Origin: Chara braunii
Taxonomy: Eukaryota; Plantae; Charophyceae
Direction: 5' to 3'
Length of the DNA stretch: 64,000 bases
NCBI GenBank assembly: GCA_003427395.1
Contig: BFEA01000020.1
Coordinates: 3,467,840-3,531,839, forward strand
Positions 39,379-51,116 of the stretch are shown one piece after another. The first letter of the stretch is position 1. Each line of letters opens with the position of its first letter. The notes beneath the pieces are model-generated. The model searched no databases and had not been told where the DNA came from. It worked only from the letters and a program-made list of their open reading frames with translations. Both the position numbers and the translations under genes were made by a program.

Positions 39379-40322
39379 TGGACGGATATCCTGCAAAACG
39401 GTGCCCCAGCACTCCGCAAAAGATGCGGCCATATACAAGCCGCATATTTGTTTTTCAAGCAGGGAAAGGTACACTGGTGGTTTGATTAGTTGTCTAATAC
39501 CCCCACCACCCCCACCGTAAACCAAAGTATCTTAGCAGATTTGGGCTGTACGCGGCATGCGCAGCACGGCCCCGTTCTTGGAATTTTTAGATACCGAGCC
39601 CATGGCCCTCTGCCAACTGGTCCACCAAAATGGTCAGCTGAGGAACAGTCAGCGATCGGCTGCTATGCTACTCTGATTCTACCTGATCATATGTCACAAC
39701 CTGATCATATGAATGCTACTCTGATTCTACCACGCTCAAAACTCCACAGGTTGTCAGTTCACACCACCATCGATGTTGAGTGGCCCCCCATGAATTACAT
39801 TGACGGTGCATGCAGTTCGCTTGGTGAGCAGCTGCTGGGCAAGGTTTTCTCTCTCCCCTTCCTCTCCCCCTTTTTGCCGAGACTTACCTTCTGTCAGTTA
39901 GCCAGGTGGAACTCGGGCTCTCTGTTGCTTGATTTATCTGTAAAAACATGCAGATGCATCCTGGGATTTGACACACTGATACAGAGCCCGACATAAGAGT
40001 ATCAAAAACATGCCACTTCCCCTTGGTGCCGCTTTCCCCTCATTCCCAGGTGTCACTTCCACAAACGTTAACTTACATCCCCTGTTTATCACAATCAATA
40101 TCTTACATGAACACCATTGACCTCCATGCCACATCTTATGACTCTGTCTCAATGTCAATGCAACGAATTAACTTTCTCACTTTGCCGTTGCTTGCAAACT
40201 TTACAGTTGTCTTCATGTTTATCACATACAGTTCTGCTAGAGCCATGCGTCAGTGCGCACTGCCGACATCCAGACATCCACCTCACCTACTGGACAAAAA
40301 AGGCAAGAGGAGCATAGCTTAC

Positions 40323-40422
40323 CTATGAAATCAATACAGTCGTCAAATGCAATGGTTTTATCTTCCTTCAAACAGAAGTAGGTAAATGAGTTCTTGTACA
40401 GATTCTGACATCCAGGAACAGT
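40323..40422 (-). CDS. IBR5: Internal exon (100 bp) of an IBR5-like dual-specificity protein phosphatase
   Basis: Acceptor gcatgcAG and donor GTaagc. Encodes TVPGCQNLYKNSFTYFCLKEDKTIAFDDCIDFI + G, matching IBR5 TVPMCQNLYRNSFTY...FDDAIKFL as recalled. Splices in frame to 26107. Confidence 0.92.
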
Positions 40423-40966
40423 CTGCATGCACACACACAAACAAACACACGCACAGACACATCAGCACAGACAGAGAAAACTGCACTTGTTGCTTCTTTC
40501 CCGAGCTCTAACCATGTTCTCGAATGCTTCAGAGTTTCGTAGGAGCTCACATACAGGACCACAGCAGGTTATAGAAGTGTCTTACTTATACCCCTGTGTC
40601 AGGACCCCAATTACATAATAGTTACCAGTATGGATTTGGGATAATTACTGGACTGAGCCGAATCTCCAGTTCATTCACACCCAAGAAAGGGACTGAGCTG
40701 AATCTCCAGATCATTCACACTCATATAGTTGATACAGACGATAAGACCAACGAGGCAAAAGGATTGCTAGAATGTCTATTGCTACCCTTGTACAGGCTTC
40801 ACCCCAAAGCCATTAGCGTAACAACGGATGGAATCGGAGTGTGACATAGAAAGGGAAGGGCTTTGACAATGGTGACAGACATTGAACTACAGCACTTCCA
40901 CATTGCTCATACTATGACCACAAGTGGACTTCCTGTAGCTTCGCCCTCAACTTGAGAGCATGCCAA

Positions 40967-41130
40967 TGTTATGATCCTGCCCAAATCTTGATGCGAAACT
41001 CAACTTTGAGAGTGTCATTCATCACAAATCACAAAGAACTCGGAAGAAGTGGAAAGGACAACAAAAGAGAAGAGACTCTGATTTCAAAAATCTCAGCAAA
41101 CAGATCAAATCAGTACTTCTTCAGCCTTGG
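40967..41130 (-). repeat. Degenerate fragment related to the element-2 LTR terminus
   Basis: CCAA-TGTTATGATCCTGCCCA resembles PBS-adjacent CCAA-TGCTATGATGCTGGCCA / TGTTATGATCCTGGCCA, followed by a similar GA-rich tract. Confidence 0.45.
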
Positions 41131-41559
41131 ATCCACGCATGACCGCACACGGATTCAAACCGGCACCATTGGCCTCAAGAGCCAAGCATCGTAACCACTG
41201 CAGCCATGACACAGTGTTCAAAAGTGGAACCATGCTGGCCATGATATCCATCCCACCCTTGCGTGGCTGCAGTGCCCGTACTCCCTCACCCACACACAGG
41301 CACACACACAACACCACACATGGCAGTCTCTCACATGCATGCTCTTGATCTACCACATGACCCTCAACCACAATGGACCCAAGACCGCAACTTTTCTCTG
41401 AAAATGTGGATTTCTCAGTCTGTAACTATGCGTATCTTTGCACTACTAAGTAGTTGTCCGCAGAGAAAAAAGACCTGAGGGCTTTTCATGGGTTGAAGGA
41501 CCAGTATATACAAGCCACACTTTGCCGTGGCAGGTCTGCACTGCACACCAAGCTTTGTC

Positions 41560-44400
41560 ATGTGGCAGGGGGAGATTCGTTCAATTATGCAGATTGCGCA
41601 GGTGGTGGAGACTCATTGCGGTCTTGACCATTTCTGACAGGTGCCTCCGTGTTACAGTATGCGACTTCACACGGGCCTTCACAGGCCCGACACACCGGTT
41701 TTGGGGTACCCAGGCCGGCCTTGCCAAAGGCCAGGCCTTTTTCCTCCCGGTAGGCCCTATTAGGCCACCGGTTGGGCCTCAGCGCCAGCAGACCCAGGTC
41801 TGGCCCAAACGACAAACCGTTTGGGCCTGGCGGCGCTCTTGAGGCTGCCGCCCGCCGGGCTGGGCTGAACGGTCAGCTCGCCGGTTCAGCCCACGGCGCA
41901 GGAGGCCAGCATTGAGGCCGACCGGCCGCCGGACGGTACTTAGGCCGGTCCAGCGGCCATTCCTGCAGGTTGGAACGAGGAGCAGCCAGGAGAACGCTGC
42001 GCTATTTGGTTGAGCACAGCGCTAGGGACTGCAGCGCTAGTTTACCACACTGCAGTCCAGGAGGAACGAGGAGGCGAGGAGGACTTACCTGCGACAGTGG
42101 AGCGCCATAGCTCCAGCGACCTGCATCCGGACTCCCACCGCCGCCAAGACACCAGCTTGCATCCTGCAGGTTTGGCCTGAGGCCCTCAACAACTTCCCCT
42201 CTCCTCTCCTCTCCATCTTATTCTCTCCATCTCCATCTTCTTCTTCTTCTTCAGACTTCTTCTTCTTCAGATTGGAGACTTGATACGAGTTGGACAGAGA
42301 TCAGTGTTGTACTTCAATATAAGAGGCTGTGATACTTACCGGATTCGAGAGTTGGAGATTGTTGGGCTTGATACTCGGCGGCATCACAGATTGGACACCG
42401 GTTACATTAGGACTCTGTACCTCCGACATTGGTGACTTATTGTCCACGACATTTTGATCTTGTTCGATGACATTTTGGACTACCATATCGGTGACCTACT
42501 GGATTCTATCTCGGTGACATCTGGCGCTGCCTACATCTCCCACCTCCTTCGTCTCTCCTCCCACCTTTCATCCGTGTATGGTTGTACGGGGCCTGAGCAT
42601 CGTCTATGATTGGCTCAGACCCCACCATCTCACGATTGCTTGTGTGTTGAGTGATATCTGTACGAGTTCAGTCAATGTGAGTCAGTCCATTTATCAGACT
42701 TCCGCTGCATACATGCTCACCCTATATTGGTTGATCTTTGGTTCTGCTCATACTTGTTGAAGTACTCAACACTCCGGCTGTATTAAGTCCGTTGGCTCGA
42801 CTATGCGCTCCGGAGAGAGATCATCTTCAGTTGCGGGCTCCATCAGGTAATCAGAAGACGGGTCATTGTTATTTGAGGCAGGGGAGAAAGCGGGACTAGG
42901 TGGATGAGAGAGGGGCGGGTCGGGCGGGTGAGAAATGGGTGGACCAGATGCAAGAAGCGGAAGCTGATCAGCAGCACTTGTGCTCAAACTGGCTGCTAGT
43001 TGTGCAAACGCTACACAAGTAGCTGCACCTCATGTCCGGTGCACACGCAGGCACTGAAGAAATCATCGCCACATTGCGGGCATCAGACTCGACATGTACT
43101 ATTCCTGCCTAGCGTGTATTGAAGGCAACGATGTCATTCCGAACGGTTGCGAGCATGCCAGCGGAGCAGATCTCTAATCCCTGCAGGAGGCATGGTGATC
43201 ATGCCGTTTGAGGATAAACGAGGCTGTTGTCTTGGAGGCGGCGGTGGATATGGAGAACATCCCCGCCGAAGAGGCATCTGCAATAGTCGATCTAACAAAG
43301 GATGTGTCCGTCAACGGGACCTTTGTCTCGGCTGATCCGACCATCAACGTGATGATGGTGATGATGATGCTGAGGTCGATAATGAAGAGAAGGCCTGCGA
43401 GGTGACGGAGGGGGAAGAAGAGAAGAGGAAGAGGAAGAAGTAAAAGATGGCAAGGGGAGTGTTGGTAATGGTGGTTGTGGTGCTTGTGGTGCTTGTGGTG
43501 CTTGTGGTGCTTGTGGTGGTGATGAAGATGATGGGGGCAGTGGCTGCTGCAGCAGTGGNGGGGGGGGGGGGGGGGGGGGGTGGGGGGGGGGGGGGGGGGG
43601 GGGGTGGGGTGGTGGGGTTGGTGGTGGAAGAGGAGGGGGCGGTGGTGGTTATGATGGTGGCAGTGGTGGCGGCGGTGGCGGCAGTGGAAGTGGCATACTT
43701 TCCGCCGCCGCTGCCATATTGGTAGGATGCTGGCCCTCCACCCTCACAGCGACTTTGGCCACATTTGTTGTGACTCGCCTGGTCTCCTGCCAGGCTGGCG
43801 TGTCCACATTAGCACCTGGCATTTCGGCTGGAATAACAGGAGAGGGTGGGTCCACCACATTTGGTTATGTGGAGGGCTGATGCTGCCTATGGTCAGAATT
43901 GGTGGCGGGCTGCGGGAAGTGGCCTATTGTATGTGGTTGTGCTGAAGACCTGCGCACAGAATTAGCATCCGGGAGTGGGTGAGCAATTGCCAAGGGCATA
44001 CCATGCGGCGAAACCAGTTGAAAGCCATGTAAAATGAGTGGGTAGCCGCTGCTGCCGTCCGTGCACATATGCGGTCCAGCCTCTAGCCAGGACACTGGGG
44101 GGATGGGCCCTAATAAGCATTCGCGTCAGGGAAGTCACAGCAGCTTTAAAGTCGGCGGTGTTGTTACAGACATGTTCGAATCATGTTAGCTGCCCTGTGA
44201 GCACACCTGCAGTCTGATGAGCTGGGGCATTAGAGGGAGCACTGGGGTAGCGTATGACAGGGAATGTCCAGGCCTCAGCCTTATCAAACACGCCAATGCA
44301 GAGTGAGCCGTCTGGCCGAACCAGGATTCTTGCCCCAAGGAAAACACTCGACCCATCGTGCTCAGTAGTATGTGTGCGCATGTGTTTTAGATTTCCACCA
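41560..44400 (-). mobile_element. Penelope-like retroelement remnant, copy 1 (RT thumb + long C-terminal extension), interrupted by a solo LTR
   Basis: VFLGARILV...GVFDKAEAWTFPVIRYPSAPSNAPAHQTAGVLTGQLT*FEHVCNNTADFKAAV resembles the PLE RT C-terminus (FL...YDK...F...YP...SN.P...GV..SQL.R...C). It is followed by Pro-rich sequence and a CPQC..F...LRVH motif. Confidence 0.72.
41650..42771. mobile_element. Solo LTR
   Basis: TGTTA...CAACA termini with perfect 5-bp TSD CTCCG (41645-41649 / 42772-42776). Removal restores the frame IQPE-APVRNGQD. Confidence 0.9.
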
Positions 44401-44679
44401 CAATAGCCCCTATTCCACCCAGGCGAGTAGATTTGAGTTGAGCCAGCCCAACAATTAAAGAATTTCACCTCTTTAGCAAGCAACATGAATCATAATAGAA
44501 CCATTTAGAACTGTGTTTAGTGGGGTTTTCTTTGGGGCAACAGCTCCTCTTTTACTAAGCCTTGCACGTACAAGGCTACCCACGTTGATGGTTGTTAACC
44601 AGCAGCTGCCCACATCCCCGTGTGCCTTAAAGGCCCACTTGCGTGTTATAACAGGAGGCATAGTAAAAGGGAAGGTATG

Positions 44680-44840
44680 CTCCTGTGCATTTCACTTCAG
44701 ATCTTCATACTCCTGTTCATTTCACTTCAGATTTTCAGCTTATACTTAGTACTTGTGCCTGTCCTTCGTCTTCATACTCCAGTCTTTGTGTCTGTCCTCC
44801 GTCTTCATACTCCTGTTCATTTCACTTCAGATCTTCATAT
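44680..44840. repeat. Short tandem repeats of CTTCATACTCCTGTTCATTTCACTTCAGAT
   Basis: Three near-complete and two partial copies are visible. Confidence 0.8.
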
Positions 44841-45669
44841 TGTCTGTTCTCTTAATGATGCTCATTCGTATGTATTTGCTGGTAGCACAAAGGGGAGGGT
44901 GGAGGGAAAGGGATAGAAGACGTGGTTCTGAAGGAGTGTGGAGCAGGGGGAGGTGGAGTGGACAGGGCAGGAGAGAAAAATGAAAAGGCAGGATAGTGTA
45001 TGACATGCAAAGCGCAGGGGAGAGGCATATGACGAACTTCGCAGAATTTAAATACTCACCGCTGGAACAGACTACTCTAGAATGGCACATGAGGGCAGTT
45101 AGTGTTTGGGTTGCATAAGATTTGAGCTGAGGAGCAGCTATTGCCTATGATACGTGGCCACCCATACAGACCGGACAGGAACATTTCGGGTGTGGACCGT
45201 GGACGCACCGCATCCAATTTCACAGTCACAGTGTCTGCATCAAATGGTGTGGCGCAGACAAATGTCACAGGCTACGTGGCTCCTACATGCTAGGAACACG
45301 AAGGCACGTTGAGCGCAATTATAGAGGCATTGCAGTTCCAGCCCCTGTCTAAAAATTGGAGATGCCATGTCAGGGTGCCTTACACGAGTACAGCACTGAC
45401 GGTCGTCTTACATATGAAAGCAAAAACTCACATGCACTATCCCTTCATAAGGCTCACGGCAAAAGGCTTGCGAACCACATGCTACTTGAGTCTCGGGCAA
45501 AAATGAGAAAATAGCTTTTTTAAGAATTCCCGTTTCAATACAATATGATCCCTCCGTCACCATAGACTCCAAAGAATCTAATAAGAAATTCTGAACAATA
45601 AGAAATTATGACTAATATTTACTAGAATAGGTATAAGAGGACTGTGCCTGCACGGGACCCAAACAGACA

Positions 45670-47153
45670 TGCAAGTGTTCTCGGCTGTGGGCCCCAGCAA
45701 GCCTTGTGCCCGCCCTAAGCGAAGGCGGGCTTGAATATCCACCAGAGACCTATTTTTGACATTTTCCATATGTGGGTACACAGACAGCTGCAGCACACCA
45801 GTTGGTTGCAGGGAAACGTGAGCCTCCAAGTTCGTTCCAGAAACAAAGACTGCGCTGTACTGTTGAGCCCAGGTCAAGGTGGTTGCACCCTGGGCACACG
45901 CAGCGTGAGGCAGACATATCACGCAGCGGAAACGGACGAATGAGAAAGCAGCATTGTCGTCACACAATCTCCGCGAGCCAATGAGAATGTGGCCAACCCT
46001 TGGAGCCTGGGAGGCTACCTATACGTGCCCAACCAAAAACGGCCCAGGCCCTTGACTGTAGAGGTGGGCCCGGGCGCAGAGACTGGGGCCCGACTGGAAT
46101 CTACTGGAAACTGCCCCGGCCAAACCCAGGCAGACACACAAAGAGCCCAGCCCAGGGTGAGGCATTCTGGCCTACGCAGGCAATGTGGACACGCTGCTGC
46201 GTTGCTGTGCAAGTGTCTGCATCGGCGCTGCTGGTCGGATGCTCGCACAGGCGCTAAGGTGTGGGGCGCTGCAAGGGCAGTGGGTGCACAGCAGCCATAG
46301 CCGGGCTGCAGGGGCGCAAGGCAGGTGATGGCCAAGGTGGTCTTCAGGTAGGAGGCGCATGCTGTGGGGAGACGAGGGGTGATGGCGAGAGGAGAGAGAA
46401 TGTACCTGGTGTATGCTGGTGATCGGCATTGGTGTTGACGTCACGTACATTGGTCTTCGACTTCAGAGTGATCCACTTGCGAGAACGTAGATAGGTTAGA
46501 TAGGCCGAGTAGGATAGGCTAAGCGCTGGGCGCCAGACAGTAAGTGTGACACTGGATACAGTGTTGGTGTGACCAGAGAGTGGCGACATTGACATTCGAA
46601 TTCACTGTATGGCAAGGCTGAACATCCGGTCCCACCGGGGTCCCCTTCCCCCACCGGAACCGGTCCGGTAGTACCGGCCGGTGGACCGTGCCGGTTCCCC
46701 CCCGGTGGCATTTCGCGCAAGTGGATCACGGGGGGGTTTCAATTTTTTTTGGGGCCGGGAGGCCTCCATGCGGGTCGTGGAGGCCTCCCGGCCCCGAAAA
46801 AAATAAAACCGGGCCCGGTAGGCCCACCAAAAAGCTCAAAAACTGGCGGCCTATCTGGGCCGTCGATCTCGTGAGATCTGCGGCCCAGATAGGTCGCAGT
46901 TTTTGAACATTCGGGCGGGAAACCGCCCGAACTTCGACTTGCCGAACTGCCGCCGACGATCGGCCCCGCCACCCCGTCTCCAGCCTCCAACCCGTCACTT
47001 CGACGCTTCGTCGAAAGTGAACGAGGTTGCGACTGCGTTGCACCCCTCCCACGTCCACCCCGGCCTCGGATCACCATCGCCCCGCCCCGTCGTCCACCAT
47101 TGAAGGTAAGTGACCCAAACTTTCACTTTCCTCTTCTTCTTCTTCTTCTTCTT

Positions 47154-47186
<33 letters not shown>

Positions 47187-47206
47187 ATCTTCTTCTTCTT
47201 CTTCTT

Positions 47207-47239
<33 letters not shown>

Positions 47240-47328
47240 ATCATCTTCTCCTTCTTCTTCTTCTTCTTCTTCTTGTGGCAGAGCCGAAGTTCCACATGAA
47301 CATGTGTGCGCTGGGGTAACCAGCGGGC

Positions 47329-47374
<46 letters not shown>

Positions 47375-47532
47375 AGTGCCCGCGTGCATGAGAGAGAGAG
47401 AGAGAGGTAGTGGGTGCGCGGCGGGTTATGGGCGTGCGGAGGGTTGTGCGTGCGCGCGGAGGGTTATGCGCGCGCGGAGGGTTGTGCGTGCGCGCGGAGG
47501 GTAGCGGGCACGCGGAGTTAAGTGGGGGCGCG

Positions 47533-47598
<66 letters not shown>

Positions 47599-47600
47599 GT

Positions 47601-47638
<38 letters not shown>

Positions 47639-48174
47639 TAGTGGGTGCGCGGGGGGTTGTGGGCGTGCGGAGGGTTGTGGGCGCGCGCGGAGAGTAGCGG
47701 GTGCGCGGAGGCTAGCGGGCACGCGGAGTTTAGTGGGCGCGCGCGGCAGGTACGCTGCAACCACCCCGACAAACACCCCCAGAACACCCAGACCCCCCCC
47801 ACCCCACCCCCCCAACCCCATGAAAAAAAAANCCCCCCAACCCCATGAAAAAAAAATTCGCACATCATGTTTTCTCTGCGGATTCGGGGAGATCTCGACA
47901 AGCGCAGTCCAACCCCATCACCAAAAAAAATAATAATAAAAAATTGAACCGGTTTTGGGCCCAACCGGAATTCGGGTCCGGGCCAGTCCAACCAACCGGC
48001 CCGGCTGGGACCGGTCCGGTCCAACCGGCCGGTGGCCGGTGCAGCCCTGCTGTATGGCTCTATTTGGACGGTATCTTGGTGCATTGCACTCTCTGCTTGG
48101 TTCATGACTATCTGAGCTACTTCCTGATTTTGCAACTTCGATTTCTGTATATCGCTCTCGCTATATTCCTTGCA
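45670..48174 (+). repeat. 5' LTR of element 3 (~1.06 kb without the nested hAT)
   Basis: 46176-46612 + 48058-48174 is homologous to 58337-58892. TGCAAG...CTTGCA terminal inverted repeat. Confidence 0.78.
46613..48049. mobile_element. Non-autonomous hAT-type DNA transposon
   Basis: TIR CAAGGCTGAAC / GTGCAGCCCTG; perfect 8-bp TSD CTGTATGG (46605-46612 / 48050-48057); empty site seen in the sister LTR (~58766); CCGG-rich subterminal regions; internal (CTT)n, (GA)n and a palindrome at ~46838-46903. Confidence 0.93.
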
Positions 48175-48177
48175 GTT

Positions 48178-48188
48178 TGGTATCACAG
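48178..48188 (+). promoter_or_regulatory. Primer-binding site (tRNA-Met-like) of element 3
   Basis: TGGTATCACAG, 3 nt after the LTR-terminal CA. Confidence 0.82.
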
Positions 48189-50281
48189 GTGGTTCGAGAT
48201 CGTGGTTACCGGCACTGATGACATTGTTACTTGGTGCGCTGAAGAAGCTTCTACGCAGTGAGGATACATTGGCGCTGACATAGTTTGCCACTCCCGAGTA
48301 GAGGGGAGGCCGGCAGGAAGGCTGTGGCACAGCGTGGGAGCAGTGGCGACAGCGGGTGTGTGTGGGATGATGAAATCATGCTGACATGCATTTTGGCTGA
48401 GGTGGAACTGCATTGCATTGTGGGTGGTACCGAGACTGACCGGTCATCAAAATGCATGTCGGCTCAATTGGTCAGAAATCTGTGGTTGGGGGTAGCAACC
48501 CCCAGGTACGTTGTTCCCTTACCTTACCTTCCTATCTCAATCTCTTCTTACCGTGAGGAAGTGAGTCCAACTTGAGTGTCCTCTTGTGGTTCAGGAGTCG
48601 TGAGCGCTCTACCTTGAGAGTCGACATTCTTCCTGGCAATGCACCTGGAAGGAGAAGGAGGTGCCTCTGAAGGGCCCTGGTCGAAGCACGGGTCATGTTC
48701 ACCATGCCAACCCATGGGAGTAGAGCATGCATGCTTTGCCGCTTTGTCCTTTAAGCTCTTGCTGCGATGTAGAGGGGACGTGGACTGACCGGTCCTATGC
48801 AAGACATTTACCAGACCGTCTATAAATTACTTCTCGCGGGATCTGATCTGAACACTGGCTGTGTTCGCCGACCTGTCTGCGACGTTAAATAATTCCTGAG
48901 GACCCTGGGGGCTGTCCTTAAACTGCCTCTTGATCAGCCAGATCAGTCGGATGTAAGGCTCGTTGCATGCGAGGATACATAACGGGCAGTACTGGTCATA
49001 AACGGGCTCCTGGGCACAGGGATGGGCCGTTGTGCACACGATAGACACTGCTGCTTGATGATGCAAGTCAGGCTCGTTGGACACAGGGGAAGGGAAGGTT
49101 CCAAGTGGTGCTCGAACACAAACACAATTATTTCCATTACGGCATACATCTGTGCACTTGATCTATTTTTATTTTGATTAGTTGAGGTGTGACAGACTTC
49201 TAACACCTGACAGACAGCATTAGTTTAGAACTGTAGTAGTCTACAACTGCCAGTTTTGTGTGATGCTGCTGTAGGAGAACTACTCGGAGTAGGAATAGAT
49301 CAATTGCTCAGTCTGTGTATAAACTGTTGATACCACTTGATCGGTAGCCCGAGTGACACATGTTGTGGTAGGCTTCAGTGAGGGCACCAGTGCAGACAGT
49401 GATCTGCTTAGCTGATGAGCGGTACAGATAGCGGTGAAGAGACAGCTGACGACAGGAGGCAAACACGGCGGGATACACGAAGGATTCCGTTAGTGTTTCA
49501 TGTTCTGCTACCAGGGGACGAGAGAAGGTTCTTGGCCGGAGCAAGGGCCCGACACTTGCAGACTGCTAGGGAGGCAGCAGCAGCAAACGCTATAGCGATG
49601 GCTACATCTGCAGCGACCTCTCAAGGTCAACAGACGTCAGGAACTTTATCTAGTTCCTCCGCCTTATCCAATGGGATGAGTGCAGGACCTTCCACACGTC
49701 AGATGAAGGGATCGCAGTACAGCTCGCCACCTTCACGCACTAGAGAGGCCATAGAACTCCAGCAAGTGGAGTTCATCCGCTTATGATTAGCGAAGGAACT
49801 TAGGGAAGCTACCGAAAGAGAAACTGAGATTAGAAATAGGAAAGCCAGATTAGAGAGCAGAAGGGCGGACAAGGTTGCAATAGAAGGGTTAGACGACTCG
49901 ACCCTTGATGACACAAGTAAAATCCTTAAGGCGGGATGTTGAGCATGTACGCTTACATGGACAGCAAACTGGATGCAATCCTAGATACCCTTGACCAGAT
50001 ATTGAATGCCATGCAGACAAGAGGAGGACCACATCCCTCCTTAGCTGGTGGGCCCAGTGCGCGGCCGCAGGCAGCATTGCCATCAGCAGTAGGAACACCA
50101 ACGATAACAGGCTCATTTGCCACTCAATTTGGTACCCCACCAAGTGGCACGTCAGCAGCAGCAGCAAAGACTGCTGCTTCTTCATCTTCAGGTCCAGCTG
50201 CTGCCGCTACAGGGCAGCAGCCAGTTCCACAAATGGGACTACAGCAGCCTTGGTACCCCGAGACCCTACCGAAACCACCCC

Positions 50282-50758
50282 TGTAACAAGCATGAGGCTG
50301 AGGGTGAGCCGAGGGAGAGGAGAGAGAGGGAGAGAGTGAGAGCACACACACACACTCACTCACTCCACTCGACGGACTCGGACTGAGGGTCGGACGCAGA
50401 CACATTGGTAAGGCCATAGTCGAAGTCTTGGGTTCCGAATGCCGAAACAGCAAGTCACACTGAGTACGAGTACAGCAGCAGAGAACTGGTACGAGACTGC
50501 CCCCCGTACCGTACGGGGAGCCGATATAAGTACCGGTGACACGTACGGTACCAGGGGCATTTCTTCAAAGGCCCCGAGGGCAGAACTGAAAAATGCAGTA
50601 TTTGAAAGTGGCGCCCGAATTGCAGCATGGCGCCAGTTGTCCAAAATCCTATGCTACCAAAGGAGGGGTTTGGAAAAAAGGGTGCCAGGCCGAGAACGGG
50701 ATGCAGCCAAAACAGCAAAAGATAGACCAGGGATCCAGCCCTGGTGAAGTCCGTAACA
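50282..50758. mobile_element. Short solo LTR (477 bp) in gag of element 3
   Basis: TGTAAC...GTAACA termini with 5-bp TSD ACCCC (50277-50281 / 50759-50763). Confidence 0.78.
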
Positions 50759-51116
50759 ACCCCCGTCTTTCTCAAGCTAGGAGCACAGCAACCTGCTACG
50801 GACGGGAGGAAGAAGAAGGAAGCCCCCACAAGAATGGAAGAAGAAGAGTAGACGGATGACAATGGTTGATTCCGATGGGAATCAAACCGAGATCGATGAT
50901 TTCGGTGATCTTGTGGAGGAAACAAAGATAGGTGGCGACCAGAGTGCAAAGTGTGGCAACCTCGCCGCCATACAGGAAAGGCATCTGGTCGCGGCAAGGG
51001 CGGTTAGCAAAAGAGTCAGGGGCAGGCTCAGAACTCAAACAAGATTCGGCTTGGGTGAGGGCTGGCCTGGATTCGGATGTGTTGAGGGACCAGTACTCGC
51101 GAGGAGCTTGCATTAA

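Larger units (their letters stand above)
28755..39481. mobile_element. ~238-bp TTAA-flanked palindromic MITE split by Gypsy element 2 (halves 28755-28893 and 39383-39481)
   Basis: TTAA|ACCACCAGTACATTTCCC ... GGGAAAGGTACACTGGTGGT|TTGA. The halves rejoin at the TGGA TSD. Confidence 0.72.

Noticed and set aside
44213-44225. CTGATGAG hammerhead-ribozyme core near the PLE remnant (also ~49411)
   Set aside because: It lies within coding sequence, and I could not find the matching GAAA and stems.
45055-45240. Possible minus-strand exon ending at GTGAGT
   Set aside because: No recognisable protein and no similarity to the expected IBR5 N-terminal exons.
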